64,000 nt of DNA from IMG/VR virus record IMGVR_UViG_3300038463_000277, positions 4,960-68,959 of that record. One strand, 5' to 3'. Below the pieces are notes generated by a model, which was not told the origin of the DNA, ran no database searches, and saw only the letters and a list, made by a program, of their open reading frames with translations. Positions 36,749-45,604 of the stretch are shown in pieces; the stretch's first letter is position 1, and each line of letters opens with the position of its first letter. Source of the DNA: a virus. Position numbers and translations under genes: made by a program.

Positions 36749-37492
36749 ATGCTTCGTGAAGCAATCGACAAAATTCTCAATCTCGCTCAGCCGGAGCGGT
36801 GGGAAGTAGACGACGGGCGTGTCTACACGAGCCGCCCCATGACCGAAGTTCTCAAACCCCTCTTGCCGCCGATCCACGTGCAAACTCTCACCGGGCTCGC
36901 CGAGCTGTACGAGCTGCAATGCGATGAGGGCACGCTCGAAGGGCCGGATGAGGGCGGTCTCATCATCCACGTTACGGGCCATGACAGGGTAAGCGTCATC
37001 ACGCGCGGAGCCGACGAATGGAGCCGACGCACGGAGTACGTGCGCGCCAAGGTTCCCGATGGAGTGCAGCATTTCCGATTCGGTCAGTACCTCGAACCGG
37101 ATGACTTTATCGTCGGCCTGCAAACTCTCTTCGAAGCCGGGCCGAAGCTCGGCGACCACTATCGACTGCTCAAACTCGTTTCCAACCTCTCCGCCGAGGC
37201 GGTCACCATCGCGAGCGACGACGGCTATTCGCAGACGGTTGCGACGCGGCAAGGCGTAGTCATGAAGGCAGAAGAGAAGATCGCGCCGCGCGTGAAGCTC
37301 TCACCCTATCGCACCTTCCGCGAGATTGAGCAACCGACTAGCGAGTTTGTGCTGCGGTTGAAATCGCGGCAGAACCAAACGCCCATGGTCGCGCTCTTCG
37401 AAGCTGACGGCGGCGAGTGGATGAATACCGCCGTGCTCAGCATCAAGAAGTGGCTCGGGGACAAACTCAAAGACGCCGATATTGTGGCCTAA
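36749..37492 (+). CDS. Conserved phage protein
   Basis: DDGYSQ, LSPYRTFREIEQP, ALFEADGGEW; AAGGA SD. Confidence 0.75.
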   Translation: MLREAIDKILNLAQPERWEVDDGRVYTSRPMTEVLKPLLPPIHVQTLTGLAELYELQCDEGTLEGPDEGGLIIHVTGHDRVSVITRGADEWSRRTEYVRAKVPDGVQHFRFGQYLEPDDFIVGLQTLFEAGPKLGDHYRLLKLVSNLSAEAVTIASDDGYSQTVATRQGVVMKAEEKIAPRVKLSPYRTFREIEQPTSEFVLRLKSRQNQTPMVALFEADGGEWMNTAVLSIKKWLGDKLKDADIVA

Positions 37493-37518
37493 CCCAAAAC
37501 CCGAAAGGAACTCACCTT

Positions 37519-37680
37519 ATGAAAGCACCGTTCCACTTGATTCTGATAGTCCTCGCGATGTTGCTGTTTTTGCTCGCTGGCCTCGGAGACTTTCTCGCGG
37601 GCGGCCCGTGGGCGTGGACCTATCGCCTGATCGCGTGGGGGCTGTTCTGTTGGGCACTGAGCGAGATTGTGACCACGTAA
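37519..37680 (+). CDS. Small two-TM membrane protein
   Basis: AAGGA SD; hydrophobic. Confidence 0.6.
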   Translation: MKAPFHLILIVLAMLLFLLAGLGDFLAGGPWAWTYRLIAWGLFCWALSEIVTT

Positions 37681-37728
37681 ACGAGTGTAGTTAGTAAGTC
37701 AAATCAAAAGCAGGAAAGGACAACAAAG

Positions 37729-38115
37729 ATGGCGAACAAAAAGTATTGGGACGACAACATGGAACTCCATCGCAACGCGCAGCTCGACCTCGAATCGGTC
37801 CTCGCGCTCAAACTCATCGAGCATTGGGGCCTGATCGCAGGCAAGCCGAGCGGCAAAGAAGACAGCGCGGGGCGGGCAATCCTCGCGCTACAAACTCCCG
37901 AGGAACTCGTCGAGCGGGCGTTCATAACCGCTGGCCTCTTCATCGCGGAAGCAGAAAAGCGGGACGGCATCAAGCCACTACCGCCGATGAAAGAGCGGAT
38001 CGACATCATGGCCGAAATGCAATGCGCGCGCTTCGATGCAGCGTTTGACCGACGGCACGAGAACGCACGTCCCGCCAATGAGGAACCAGTACAGGCGCAG
38101 ACGCAACCTGACTAA
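37729..38115 (+). CDS. Hypothetical protein
   Basis: AAGGA SD; EDSAGR...PEELVERA. Confidence 0.7.
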   Translation: MANKKYWDDNMELHRNAQLDLESVLALKLIEHWGLIAGKPSGKEDSAGRAILALQTPEELVERAFITAGLFIAEAEKRDGIKPLPPMKERIDIMAEMQCARFDAAFDRRHENARPANEEPVQAQTQPD

Positions 38116-38313
38116 CAGTTTCCGGTTCATACCGGAAAAGGGTGAGCCGGGGAAGGGAGCGCGGTGACTGGCAAGCTGCCGCGCTTCTGGGGCTCACCCA
38201 AAGTTTTCTAATCCTCGGGTTCATTCGAGTGGCCCGATGGTTGGGATAGTGAGCGGGTCGAGGGGGCGGGTTCACTGGCCCGTTCCCTTCGCTCACAGAA
38301 AAGGAAAATTCTC

Positions 38314-39282
38314 ATGCTGCTGAAAGATCGCTTCATCGCTGCCGGGTTTACCGGCAAACTTCTCTGTCACGTCATGGGCTGGTTCGGAGACGGCAACATT
38401 CACAGAATGAATCGCTATCAATCGAACGACCCGTATGTGATCGCGCACCAACTGGAATGTATGCAAGCCGTCGGCATCGACGGCGTGATTTTCACGTGGC
38501 AGGGGCCGCTCGCACCCTTCCAGCACGAAACCGCGCAGATTATGGCCGTCGAGTGTGGCGAGCGCAATATGCCCTTCGTCCTGCTCCTCGATCCATGGGC
38601 CGCGAAGCTCGGCAAGAACTTTCAGGCGTTGGCGTCGTCGTCGGCTGTCGTCCACGTGCCGAGGCGCAAGACCTTGACCGAGCCCGCCATCATGTCGGCG
38701 CACCGGAAGGAACTCGCCGCGCTGGGGCAAGTGCCGAACTACACCGCGAACGTCACCGACGCGCTCAACGATCCAACCTCGCAGGCAATGCTCAACTCGT
38801 TCGCCTACGTCCCCGAAAAGTACGTTCTCGATTTTGGAACCGGGGCCAACCTCGCGACACTCGGGACCACGTTCCCGGCGCTCAAGTTCCTCGCCATGGA
38901 TCAGGGCTTCTCGTGGATTTCTATCCCGACGACCACTCCCGTTTCTGGATTGAACGCGGTCGCGGTCTCGGCGCTCGCTGGGTTCAACAAGAATCCGGCG
39001 ATGAAGATACCCGGCCTATGCAGGAACTTCATGGACTCCGGTATGCCGACGCCCGCAGGCGTGCAGCTCGCGCAATGGACCGGCAGCCGAGACTTTAGTC
39101 AGTCGGTTTGGGGCGGGATGCCTGCGCGCGTCCTAGACGGTCAGGCGGGGCATCTGTTCTTCGATCAGCTCGCTGTGACGCCCTCGGCGATAGCTTACGC
39201 GGCGCTCGTAACGTGGAACGACCACGACGAGCAGACGGAAATCGAGAGCTTTTGCTCCATGCTCGCGGGAATCCAGATTTAA
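38314..39282 (+). CDS. Glycoside hydrolase-like TIM barrel (GH71/GH99-like)
   Basis: HVMGWFG, YQSNDP, GIDGVIFTW, VTWNDHDEQTEIE. Confidence 0.7.
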   Translation: MLLKDRFIAAGFTGKLLCHVMGWFGDGNIHRMNRYQSNDPYVIAHQLECMQAVGIDGVIFTWQGPLAPFQHETAQIMAVECGERNMPFVLLLDPWAAKLGKNFQALASSSAVVHVPRRKTLTEPAIMSAHRKELAALGQVPNYTANVTDALNDPTSQAMLNSFAYVPEKYVLDFGTGANLATLGTTFPALKFLAMDQGFSWISIPTTTPVSGLNAVAVSALAGFNKNPAMKIPGLCRNFMDSGMPTPAGVQLAQWTGSRDFSQSVWGGMPARVLDGQAGHLFFDQLAVTPSAIAYAALVTWNDHDEQTEIESFCSMLAGIQI

Positions 39283-39285
39283 GGA

Positions 39286-39759
39286 ATGGCTATGGGCGAT
39301 CAAGGGAATCTGTTCGAGGAGCGGATGCCGGTAAGGTTTGCGGTGCGCGTGTCGGTGCCAAGGCTGTCGGTGCCAAGGCGCGAGCCGCCGCAAACTAGCC
39401 GAGCTATCGACATTCAGCGCCCCTTGCCGCGCGAGGCGCACAAAGCTATCGCCGAGGGTATGGCGATGGCCGATGCTGGCGCGAACGAGCTTTGGAAGGC
39501 GGCCTTCCGCACCCTGATCCTCGACGTTGCTCATCGCATGGATTTCTTCACGGTTGACGATTTGCTCGACGAAGCGGACGCGCATCCCCTGCCAGCAAAC
39601 ACGGGCAACCTGTCAGCGATAGGCCCGTTGGTGCGCGAAGCCGTGCGCAACGGCGTCATCGTTTTCACCGGCAGAGTGCAACGCTCCCGGCGAGCCGTCA
39701 AACATGGGATTACTCACCGAATTTGGCAATCTCAAGTTCGAGGGAAGGCAGCGGCGTGA
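39286..39759 (+). CDS. Hypothetical protein (possible wHTH)
   Basis: FTVDDL...SAIGPL...SRR...H...IWQS. Confidence 0.6.
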   Translation: MAMGDQGNLFEERMPVRFAVRVSVPRLSVPRREPPQTSRAIDIQRPLPREAHKAIAEGMAMADAGANELWKAAFRTLILDVAHRMDFFTVDDLLDEADAHPLPANTGNLSAIGPLVREAVRNGVIVFTGRVQRSRRAVKHGITHRIWQSQVRGKAAA

Positions 39760-39835
39760 AGAAAATTATCAAACTCCCAGCTCGGCGACGGCGCGCGGAT
39801 CGCGAGATACCCGCGCCGAAGCCAAAGAAGGCAGC

Positions 39836-40126
39836 ATGAAGACTGACATTTACAGCGTGAAGTGTTTCGAGTGCGGAACGGTGATAGCAGAGGTCGCCGG
39901 TGCCCGCTCTCAAGTGCGCGCTCACCTGAAAGCGCAAGGGTGGGACGTGGCGATTCCATATTTCGCGGTCGTGCCAGCGGGCGAGGCTCGCGAAGCAAAA
40001 CGAACTCACGCGCGGCAAACCGTCGATATTTGTCCGCCGTGCCAGCAAACGCGGATCAATCGAGCGTGTTTGGCGCTCCAGAAGTATTACGAAGAGGGGC
40101 GGCATGAAACCCACACAAAAATATAA
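39836..40126 (+). CDS. Zinc-ribbon protein
   Basis: CFEC...GW...DICPPC. Confidence 0.55.
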   Translation: MKTDIYSVKCFECGTVIAEVAGARSQVRAHLKAQGWDVAIPYFAVVPAGEAREAKRTHARQTVDICPPCQQTRINRACLALQKYYEEGRHETHTKI

Positions 40127-40313
40127 CGCCCGGCAAATCGCGAAGCTCTATGCGGTGTCCTACGGCACCGCTCGCAATTGGATTATGAAGCTAAACGGCG
40201 ACGATGCGGCGATGGGAGTGAATAAGCTCAAGGGGCGCGGAAAGCGCCCTTATCGCCTGCGGAGACTCGACGACTCGCAAATGGCGGAACTCGATTCGCT
40301 CATCAACGGCTAG
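40104..40313 (+). CDS. Excisionase-like small HTH protein
   Basis: YNARQIAKLYAVSYGTARNW; convergent with the integrase. Confidence 0.65.
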   Translation: MKPTQKYNARQIAKLYAVSYGTARNWIMKLNGDDAAMGVNKLKGRGKRPYRLRRLDDSQMAELDSLING

Positions 40314-41743
40314 GCGCTTTCCTTTTCGAGTGCCAACATGCGATCCAGCTCCGCCACGTCTTTTTCGGATTGCTGTAAGCTCTCTAGGTCTTCGTTGCTC
40401 CATGTCCGACGATTCGCCTGATTCGCCTTTTCCTGCAACCGCGTTGAGAATTTGTAATAGTGTTTGCGCACCACGTCGGGCGTGTCGCCGATTAGGGTCG
40501 CAACCTCGGGAACATCCGCGCCCTTGAGGAAAAGGTTTTCGACAAACGAGTAGCGGAAGTTATGGAAGGTTGGCCAGTTCGGTTGATCGTATTCATCGAC
40601 GCCCATGTCCTCGCGTACCATCTTCTCATCGAGAAACTCGCGCAGCCGCACGAACGACTTTTGCCAAGTGTCGGCGGCGTTCGTGACCTCGCCCGATCCC
40701 GCCCAAAAGAAATAATCCTTGTGGGTGTTGGTCGTCGGCACGTCCATCAACTCTTTCGCGAACTTCGGCGAGATTTCGACATAGACCGGGTTGCCTGTTT
40801 TTTGGCGGTTCACGTCAAAGAAGAAATGGTGCCGCACTTTCTTTAGGCGATCCCGGCGCGCGGTGAAGGCGTCAGTGAGCGCGAATCCCGTCCTGTACAT
40901 CAATTCGCAACCGATCTTCATGCGCTGCCCGAAGCCCGCAACCGATTTCTGGTTTGGGGTTTTAATCGACGCTCCGAGATGTCCCCACGCCGCGAGGATG
41001 GCTTTGTAGAGGCGCGGAGTAAGCGGCCTGCGCTCGCGCGGTTTCCTGCTCTTGCCGCGCACCTTGAGAAAACGCGCGGGGTTGTCCTTCGAGACCAACT
41101 TTTCGCCTCTGCGGGTCCGCACCGGCAAGAATTGCTGCGTGCTTTCGATCCAGTTGCGCGCGATACAAAAATCAAAAAACGCGATCAAAAAACCTTTTCG
41201 CTTTTCCTTGGTGAAGCCTGACATCTGCTTTTGCTTTCCGTCCGGGCCGAGTGGCATCGAGGTTTCCCATGTCTTCTGGAACTCATCGAGGAAATCAACC
41301 GTCACGTCATTGGGGGTCGCGACGTTCTTCTCTTCGGCGAAGGCTTTTAGTTTGCGATGCAGAGACTCGTATTTCACGAGGTCTCTGATTCCCTCGCCGC
41401 TTCTCTTCGAGTCGATGAATTTCAAGAACGCATCCGAGAGAGGGATCGCGATGACGCCCGGTCTGGCTCGCTCCGCTGCCTCTTGCAATTTGCGAGCGCG
41501 GGCGGTTTCTGGATCGTGGTACTTCATCCACTCCTTCGCGCGAGTGCGGGCCATCTCCCAGCTCTCCGTACCTGCGGGAGCACGGAGTCTTCCCGGCGCG
41601 ATATAGAAACTCTTTGGGCAATCGCAATCTTTTTCGCGTTCGGTTTTCGGGTGCTTACATTCCGGGCGATGCTGTTTGACGATGACGGAAAACTCGGGGC
41701 GGACATTGAAGACCAATTTTTTCAGGTCGAGTTTAGCTCTCAT
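40310..41743 (-). CDS. int: Tyrosine integrase
   Basis: RQKTG, FHNFRYSF (HxxR), VATLIGD, VRKHY; N-terminal H/C Zn-like motif. Confidence 0.92.
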   Translation of the reverse strand: MRAKLDLKKLVFNVRPEFSVIVKQHRPECKHPKTEREKDCDCPKSFYIAPGRLRAPAGTESWEMARTRAKEWMKYHDPETARARKLQEAAERARPGVIAIPLSDAFLKFIDSKRSGEGIRDLVKYESLHRKLKAFAEEKNVATPNDVTVDFLDEFQKTWETSMPLGPDGKQKQMSGFTKEKRKGFLIAFFDFCIARNWIESTQQFLPVRTRRGEKLVSKDNPARFLKVRGKSRKPRERRPLTPRLYKAILAAWGHLGASIKTPNQKSVAGFGQRMKIGCELMYRTGFALTDAFTARRDRLKKVRHHFFFDVNRQKTGNPVYVEISPKFAKELMDVPTTNTHKDYFFWAGSGEVTNAADTWQKSFVRLREFLDEKMVREDMGVDEYDQPNWPTFHNFRYSFVENLFLKGADVPEVATLIGDTPDVVRKHYYKFSTRLQEKANQANRRTWSNEDLESLQQSEKDVAELDRMLALEKESA

Positions 41744-41837
41744 GGCGGGTGCTCCTATCTAGGAACACCCTATCACGATTGCGTCCGTCTTGTGTCTATC
41801 GAAAGTAACAAACTCTCGATTTCAGCCAAAAAGAAGT

Positions 41838-41859
41838 GTTGCGGGGGGTGGATTTGAAC
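41838..41859 (-). other. Probable attP core matching a tRNA-fMet 3' end
   Basis: GTTCAAATCCACCCCCCGCAAC about 95 nt upstream of int; AT-rich flank with CAAGTTACTGAAA. Confidence 0.65.
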
Positions 41860-41961
41860 TCCGAACATGCTTTTAGAATGTGCAAGTTACTGAAAACACG
41901 TTTTGAATGATTTCAAAGATTGCAATAATTGCAGCCACGTGTGTCCGTCCTGTGTCTATGC

Positions 41962-42249
41962 TCAATACTTCCCCAACACTGCTCTCGCGATGGCCTGCGC
42001 CTTCTCGCTTTCTTCGAGCACGGGGCGAGCTTCGTCCATGGTCTTGAACTTGGTCGCCATGTCTTCGTACTGCCACGCGGTCGAACCGCATATGCCGCAG
42101 TGCGGGTTCGCGAGCTGCCGGTCGAGCGCCGCCTGCACAACCTCGCGGAAACCTTGCATCGCTTCTTCGGGAGAGATGTCGGCGGGATCGTAGGCCATGC
42201 CGAAGATGCAGTGCCGGTCGGGGCACAGGCATTGGATGACGTGAATCAT
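41962..42249 (-). CDS. Small Zn-binding protein
   Basis: QCLCPxRHCI...NPxCGICG. Confidence 0.65.
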   Translation of the reverse strand: MIHVIQCLCPDRHCIFGMAYDPADISPEEAMQGFREVVQAALDRQLANPHCGICGSTAWQYEDMATKFKTMDEARPVLEESEKAQAIARAVLGKY

Positions 42250-42491
42250 TTGCCCTCCTCCGTCTCGCGCAACACTTCGACGACTTGCAGGCGGCAGAAA
42301 TAGATTTTCTTTCCGTAGAGCGCCGCTTGCTCCTCGGCCTGAGTCCAATACTTCGCGAGCTTCTCGCGGTCAATCGCGACCATGGGGATGCAGCCAGCGG
42401 GGACGATGCCCTGCTTGAGCCCGATCTTTCCCGAGCCGAATTCATCCTCGCCGATCCATGCGAAGACTTCGAGCGCCGTGAGGTTGGTCAT
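42246..42491 (-). CDS. Hypothetical protein
   Basis: WIGEDEFGSGxIGLKQ; ATGA coupling. Confidence 0.65.
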   Translation of the reverse strand: MTNLTALEVFAWIGEDEFGSGKIGLKQGIVPAGCIPMVAIDREKLAKYWTQAEEQAALYGKKIYFCRLQVVEVLRETEEGK

Positions 42492-42640
42492 TTGAGAATC
42501 CTCCAGACTGCGAACGCGGCGACGGTGAGACAGATACCGCAAAACAATCCTCGGAGAAACCCGAGCGTGCGCGGATGCCATTCGCGAAAGTCGTCGTAAC
42601 CCGCGAGCATGATGTCGAGTTGGCGACGGAGCCAGATCAT
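42488..42640 (-). CDS. Small membrane protein
   Basis: C-terminal TM helix; ATGA coupling. Confidence 0.55.
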   Translation of the reverse strand: MIWLRRQLDIMLAGYDDFREWHPRTLGFLRGLFCGICLTVAAFAVWRILK

Positions 42641-43113
42641 AGCTCTCCTAAGTGCATTGCGGTCGGGTGCCCCTCGCCACATTTTGAGCAGAGAATCTCG
42701 CCCTCGAAAATTGCGTAGATCATGTACAAGTATCGGAGCTTGAGCGCCTCGCCCCGGTGAATGAGGTTTGGATTATTGGCGAGGTTGCCCGCGACGGAAG
42801 CGTCGGCGAGGTCGTTCCAACGTTTCGCGTCGATCAGCTTTTTGCAGTCGGCACACGCGCCCCACAAACCGGAATCGACGAAAATCTGTCCGTTGTGCAG
42901 CTCGCCGCTGACGGCGCTCTTCGCGGTGTAGTTGCCGGGCAGCGGTCCCTCGGCGAGACAGAAATCGCAGTGCGTATCGTCTTCGAGGAAGATGTGACAG
43001 CTCGCGCAATACTTCGCCTCGACATCGTTCGGGTTCGTGCTCGTCATCTTGCAGTGGTCGCACGTGATGGCGAAGGTGTCGCCGCGCATTGAGATGCTGT
43101 AATGGGTTTTCAT
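42637..43113 (-). CDS. Double zinc-finger protein
   Basis: CxxC..SxNPND..YCxxCH plus CDFC...WGACxxC. Confidence 0.7.
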   Translation of the reverse strand: MKTHYSISMRGDTFAITCDHCKMTSTNPNDVEAKYCASCHIFLEDDTHCDFCLAEGPLPGNYTAKSAVSGELHNGQIFVDSGLWGACADCKKLIDAKRWNDLADASVAGNLANNPNLIHRGEALKLRYLYMIYAIFEGEILCSKCGEGHPTAMHLGEL

Positions 43114-43475
43114 ACCCAAGGCTCTTTTCGCGCATCCTCGCCGAGCATCGCGGCGGCCACTTCGCAGAGCGCGACGCCAGCAATCTGGTTGGTGGTCGGA
43201 TACCAGTCATCGAACGTGCAACCCCACTCCATGTAAGTGATGCCCGCGACGCTTCGCCAGCTATGACCTTCGACGCAGCGCAGATGCCGGATGCGTTGGG
43301 CGTCCGGGCGGTTCATCTTCGCCTTGACGACTTCTGTGATTTCGCGGTGACGCTCGCCCGTCGCCTTCGCCAGCTCGGTTATCTCCTCGACGCTCGCGAC
43401 GTGGGAATTCGCGACTAGCTTTTTTATTTCCGAGGGCGATGCTTTCGGGTCGCCCCAATAGATCGGGTCCGTCAT
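43110..43475 (-). CDS. Hypothetical protein
   Basis: SWRSVA...NQIAGxxLC; coupled. Confidence 0.65.
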   Translation of the reverse strand: MTDPIYWGDPKASPSEIKKLVANSHVASVEEITELAKATGERHREITEVVKAKMNRPDAQRIRHLRCVEGHSWRSVAGITYMEWGCTFDDWYPTTNQIAGVALCEVAAAMLGEDARKEPWV

Positions 43476-43678
43476 AGCTTTATGACCTCCACGGGTGAAT
43501 TTGTAATGAGGTCGCGGTATCCGTCCCCCCAGTCGAGCACGGGCATCATGCCAGCATATCCGCCGAGGAGTGCCTCGAACTCTAGCGCGAGGCTGTTGCC
43601 GTTCTCCGAGGCGAGCACGACGACGCCCTCGACCTCGCGCCCCTTGAAGCGGATTTTCACGCGGTCACCTTTCGTCAT
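43472..43678 (-). CDS. Small SH3/KOW-like protein
   Basis: KGDRVKI...VVLASENGxSL. Confidence 0.65.
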   Translation of the reverse strand: MTKGDRVKIRFKGREVEGVVVLASENGNSLALEFEALLGGYAGMMPVLDWGDGYRDLITNSPVEVIKL

Positions 43679-43938
43679 GGGTTTATATACTCCTTCTCAG
43701 GATCGCCGCCCGGTCGCCGTCTGCCGGTGTCAGGGTGCCGCATCCACCCCTCGGGCTCGCCGGTGCCGTCCCAGCTCTTGAGCGCAGCGACCGCCGCGCC
43801 GGGTGTGTCGTATCACCATGCGTTCTCGGTCCACTGTGCCTCGGTAGGTCCGTAGATGAGGCGCGCGCGCCCGAAGGTGAGCGGGATCACCCACGCCGTT
43901 TTGCCGTCCGCGAAATCTTTCTGCGCGAAGTAGTTCAT
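43675..43938 (-). CDS. Candidate selenoprotein (87 aa, in-frame UGA at codon 42, SECIS-like hairpin)
   Basis: TGATG overlap at start and ATGA overlap at end; single internal TGA at 43813-43815; hairpin GCGCGGC-GGTC-GCTGCGC 13 nt downstream. Confidence 0.7.
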
Positions 43939-44243
43939 CACTGGCACCGCTTATCGGTCTGCATGATTTCCGTGACGGCCTTTTGCACGCGCTCCTGAAA
44001 ATCCGGCTCTCCTATGTCACCCTCGACGATGGCGTCGGCGAGGCGGCGAAGGCGCGCCGGTATTGTTCTGCCGCGTGTGACGATGAGGATGAGCGGTTTA
44101 TCGAGCAGAAGCGACGCGCCAAGCTCTAAGCAAATCTTCGGATCGGGATGCCCGCCGGGGGTAATTATGAGCGTGATGGCGGACTCAATCATCGGCAACA
44201 CTTCATCCGCGAAGCGTTTGAGATATTTATCGTTGGCGTCCAT
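43938..44243 (-). CDS. Nucleoside 2-deoxyribosyltransferase/TIR-like small protein
   Basis: PDPKICLELGASLLLDKPLILIV. Confidence 0.6.
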   Translation of the reverse strand: MDANDKYLKRFADEVLPMIESAITLIITPGGHPDPKICLELGASLLLDKPLILIVTRGRTIPARLRRLADAIVEGDIGEPDFQERVQKAVTEIMQTDKRCQ

Positions 44244-44244
44244 T

Positions 44245-44466
44245 TCAATTTTCCTCGAACTTCGCGATGAACTCGCGCATAGTCGCAATCATGCCCTCGC
44301 GCTCGGCGGAAGAGATGTAGAAAAGTTCCTTGCCCTTGTAGGAGAACACGAGTACGGTGAAGCCGAAGCCGTCGGGCATGGACTCTTTGAGCGTCCGCCC
44401 GATTTCTCGGAGCTTCTTCTCGGCGGCTTCGTTGCGAACTTCGTAGCGCATGGGATCGTTTGCCAT
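44245..44466 (-). CDS. Hypothetical protein
   Basis: MPDGFGFTVLVF...FYISSAER. Confidence 0.65.
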   Translation of the reverse strand: MANDPMRYEVRNEAAEKKLREIGRTLKESMPDGFGFTVLVFSYKGKELFYISSAEREGMIATMREFIAKFEEN

Positions 44467-44547
44467 CCGGGGATTTTACTCCCGTTCCTATCCGGGCACA
44501 ACGGTGTTAGTATGTCGTTCGGGCCAGAGTTACACCCTCTTGTTTTT

Positions 44548-44943
44548 ATGGCTTGGATTGGGCAGTACATTCTCGATGAGAACGGCGACGCGCAGCCGGA
44601 GCCGGACACGTTTCGGTGGGGGCGCTGGTTCGAACACTCGCACGAATCCACGGGCAAAGATAACCGCATCGTGCGGCGGGATGAGGTTGGCGACATTAGC
44701 GTCTCGACCGTGTTCCTCGGGCTCGATCACGCTTACACCCTCGACGCGCACGAGCCGGTGCTTTGGGAGACGATGATTTTCGGCGGGGCGCACGATCAGT
44801 ACCAGCGGCGCTACACGAGCCGCCGCGATGCCGTGGCGGGGCACATGGAAGCATTGAAGCTCATCGAGGCGTGGGCGCTCGACATCGACGAACTCAATCG
44901 GATGCTCGCGCTCGAACCGGCGTGGGTGCGGAAGGTGCAATGA
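44548..44943 (+). CDS. Conserved phage protein (VSTVFLGLDH motif)
   Basis: VSTVFLGLDH...WETMIFGG...YQRRY...AxxGH. Confidence 0.7.
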   Translation: MAWIGQYILDENGDAQPEPDTFRWGRWFEHSHESTGKDNRIVRRDEVGDISVSTVFLGLDHAYTLDAHEPVLWETMIFGGAHDQYQRRYTSRRDAVAGHMEALKLIEAWALDIDELNRMLALEPAWVRKVQ

Positions 44944-45209
44944 CCGTAAGACAGTTCGTTTTGCGCTTTAACGATGACGCATTTCGCACGGCGATGCGGC
45001 GACTGCTCGCGCTCGTGCGCCGGGCGTGGTACGGGCCTGACTTTCGGACCCGTCGCCGTCGCTGCCGCGAGCTGAAACGCCGCAAGAGATAGCACATTAT
45101 TACCATTGTGTTTCACTAAGAACAGGTTTACAAACGCTTAACACATCCGGTAGGTAGTTTCTCGGGCCTCGCTGTAAACTTTCCAACATTTATCAAGGAA
45201 CCCCTTTTT

Positions 45210-45482
45210 ATGGTCAAGGATGTCCCGCGTCCATCTGTCAAGCAGCTAAAAACATTCAAGCTCACCCTCACTCAGTACGACATTTTGGAGCTACTCAAAA
45301 AGACTCGCCGCCCCATGTTGCCGGGTGAGGGCCGCACCATTAACCGCGCCGTCGAAGACCTCTTAGAGCGCCGCCTGCTGACCCGCTGGCCGGAAGATGC
45401 CGACGAGGTTCGCCTGACGAAAGCCGGGCGGGCCGTGGCTCTTGCCGTGGTGACTGCGGTAACGTCAAGGGGTAAACCCTAG
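45210..45482 (+). CDS. Small winged-helix protein
   Basis: LTLTQYDIL...LLERRLL...RLTKAGR. Confidence 0.55.
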   Translation: MVKDVPRPSVKQLKTFKLTLTQYDILELLKKTRRPMLPGEGRTINRAVEDLLERRLLTRWPEDADEVRLTKAGRAVALAVVTAVTSRGKP

Positions 45483-45604
45483 AGTGCATGGTGACAATTT
45501 TTGGCCTTGTGTTCCTGACTAGGAACGCGCTATTTTTGTTTCTAGTCTGTCCCATTCGCACGCTAGGAATTCCCCAAATGGGCTAAACCGATAGGAGCCC
45601 AACA

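Noticed and set aside
43813-43815. Genome-wide UGA reassignment
   Set aside because: Many genes end in TGA with ATGA/TGATG coupling and long genes have no internal TGA; only this site has a SECIS-like stem
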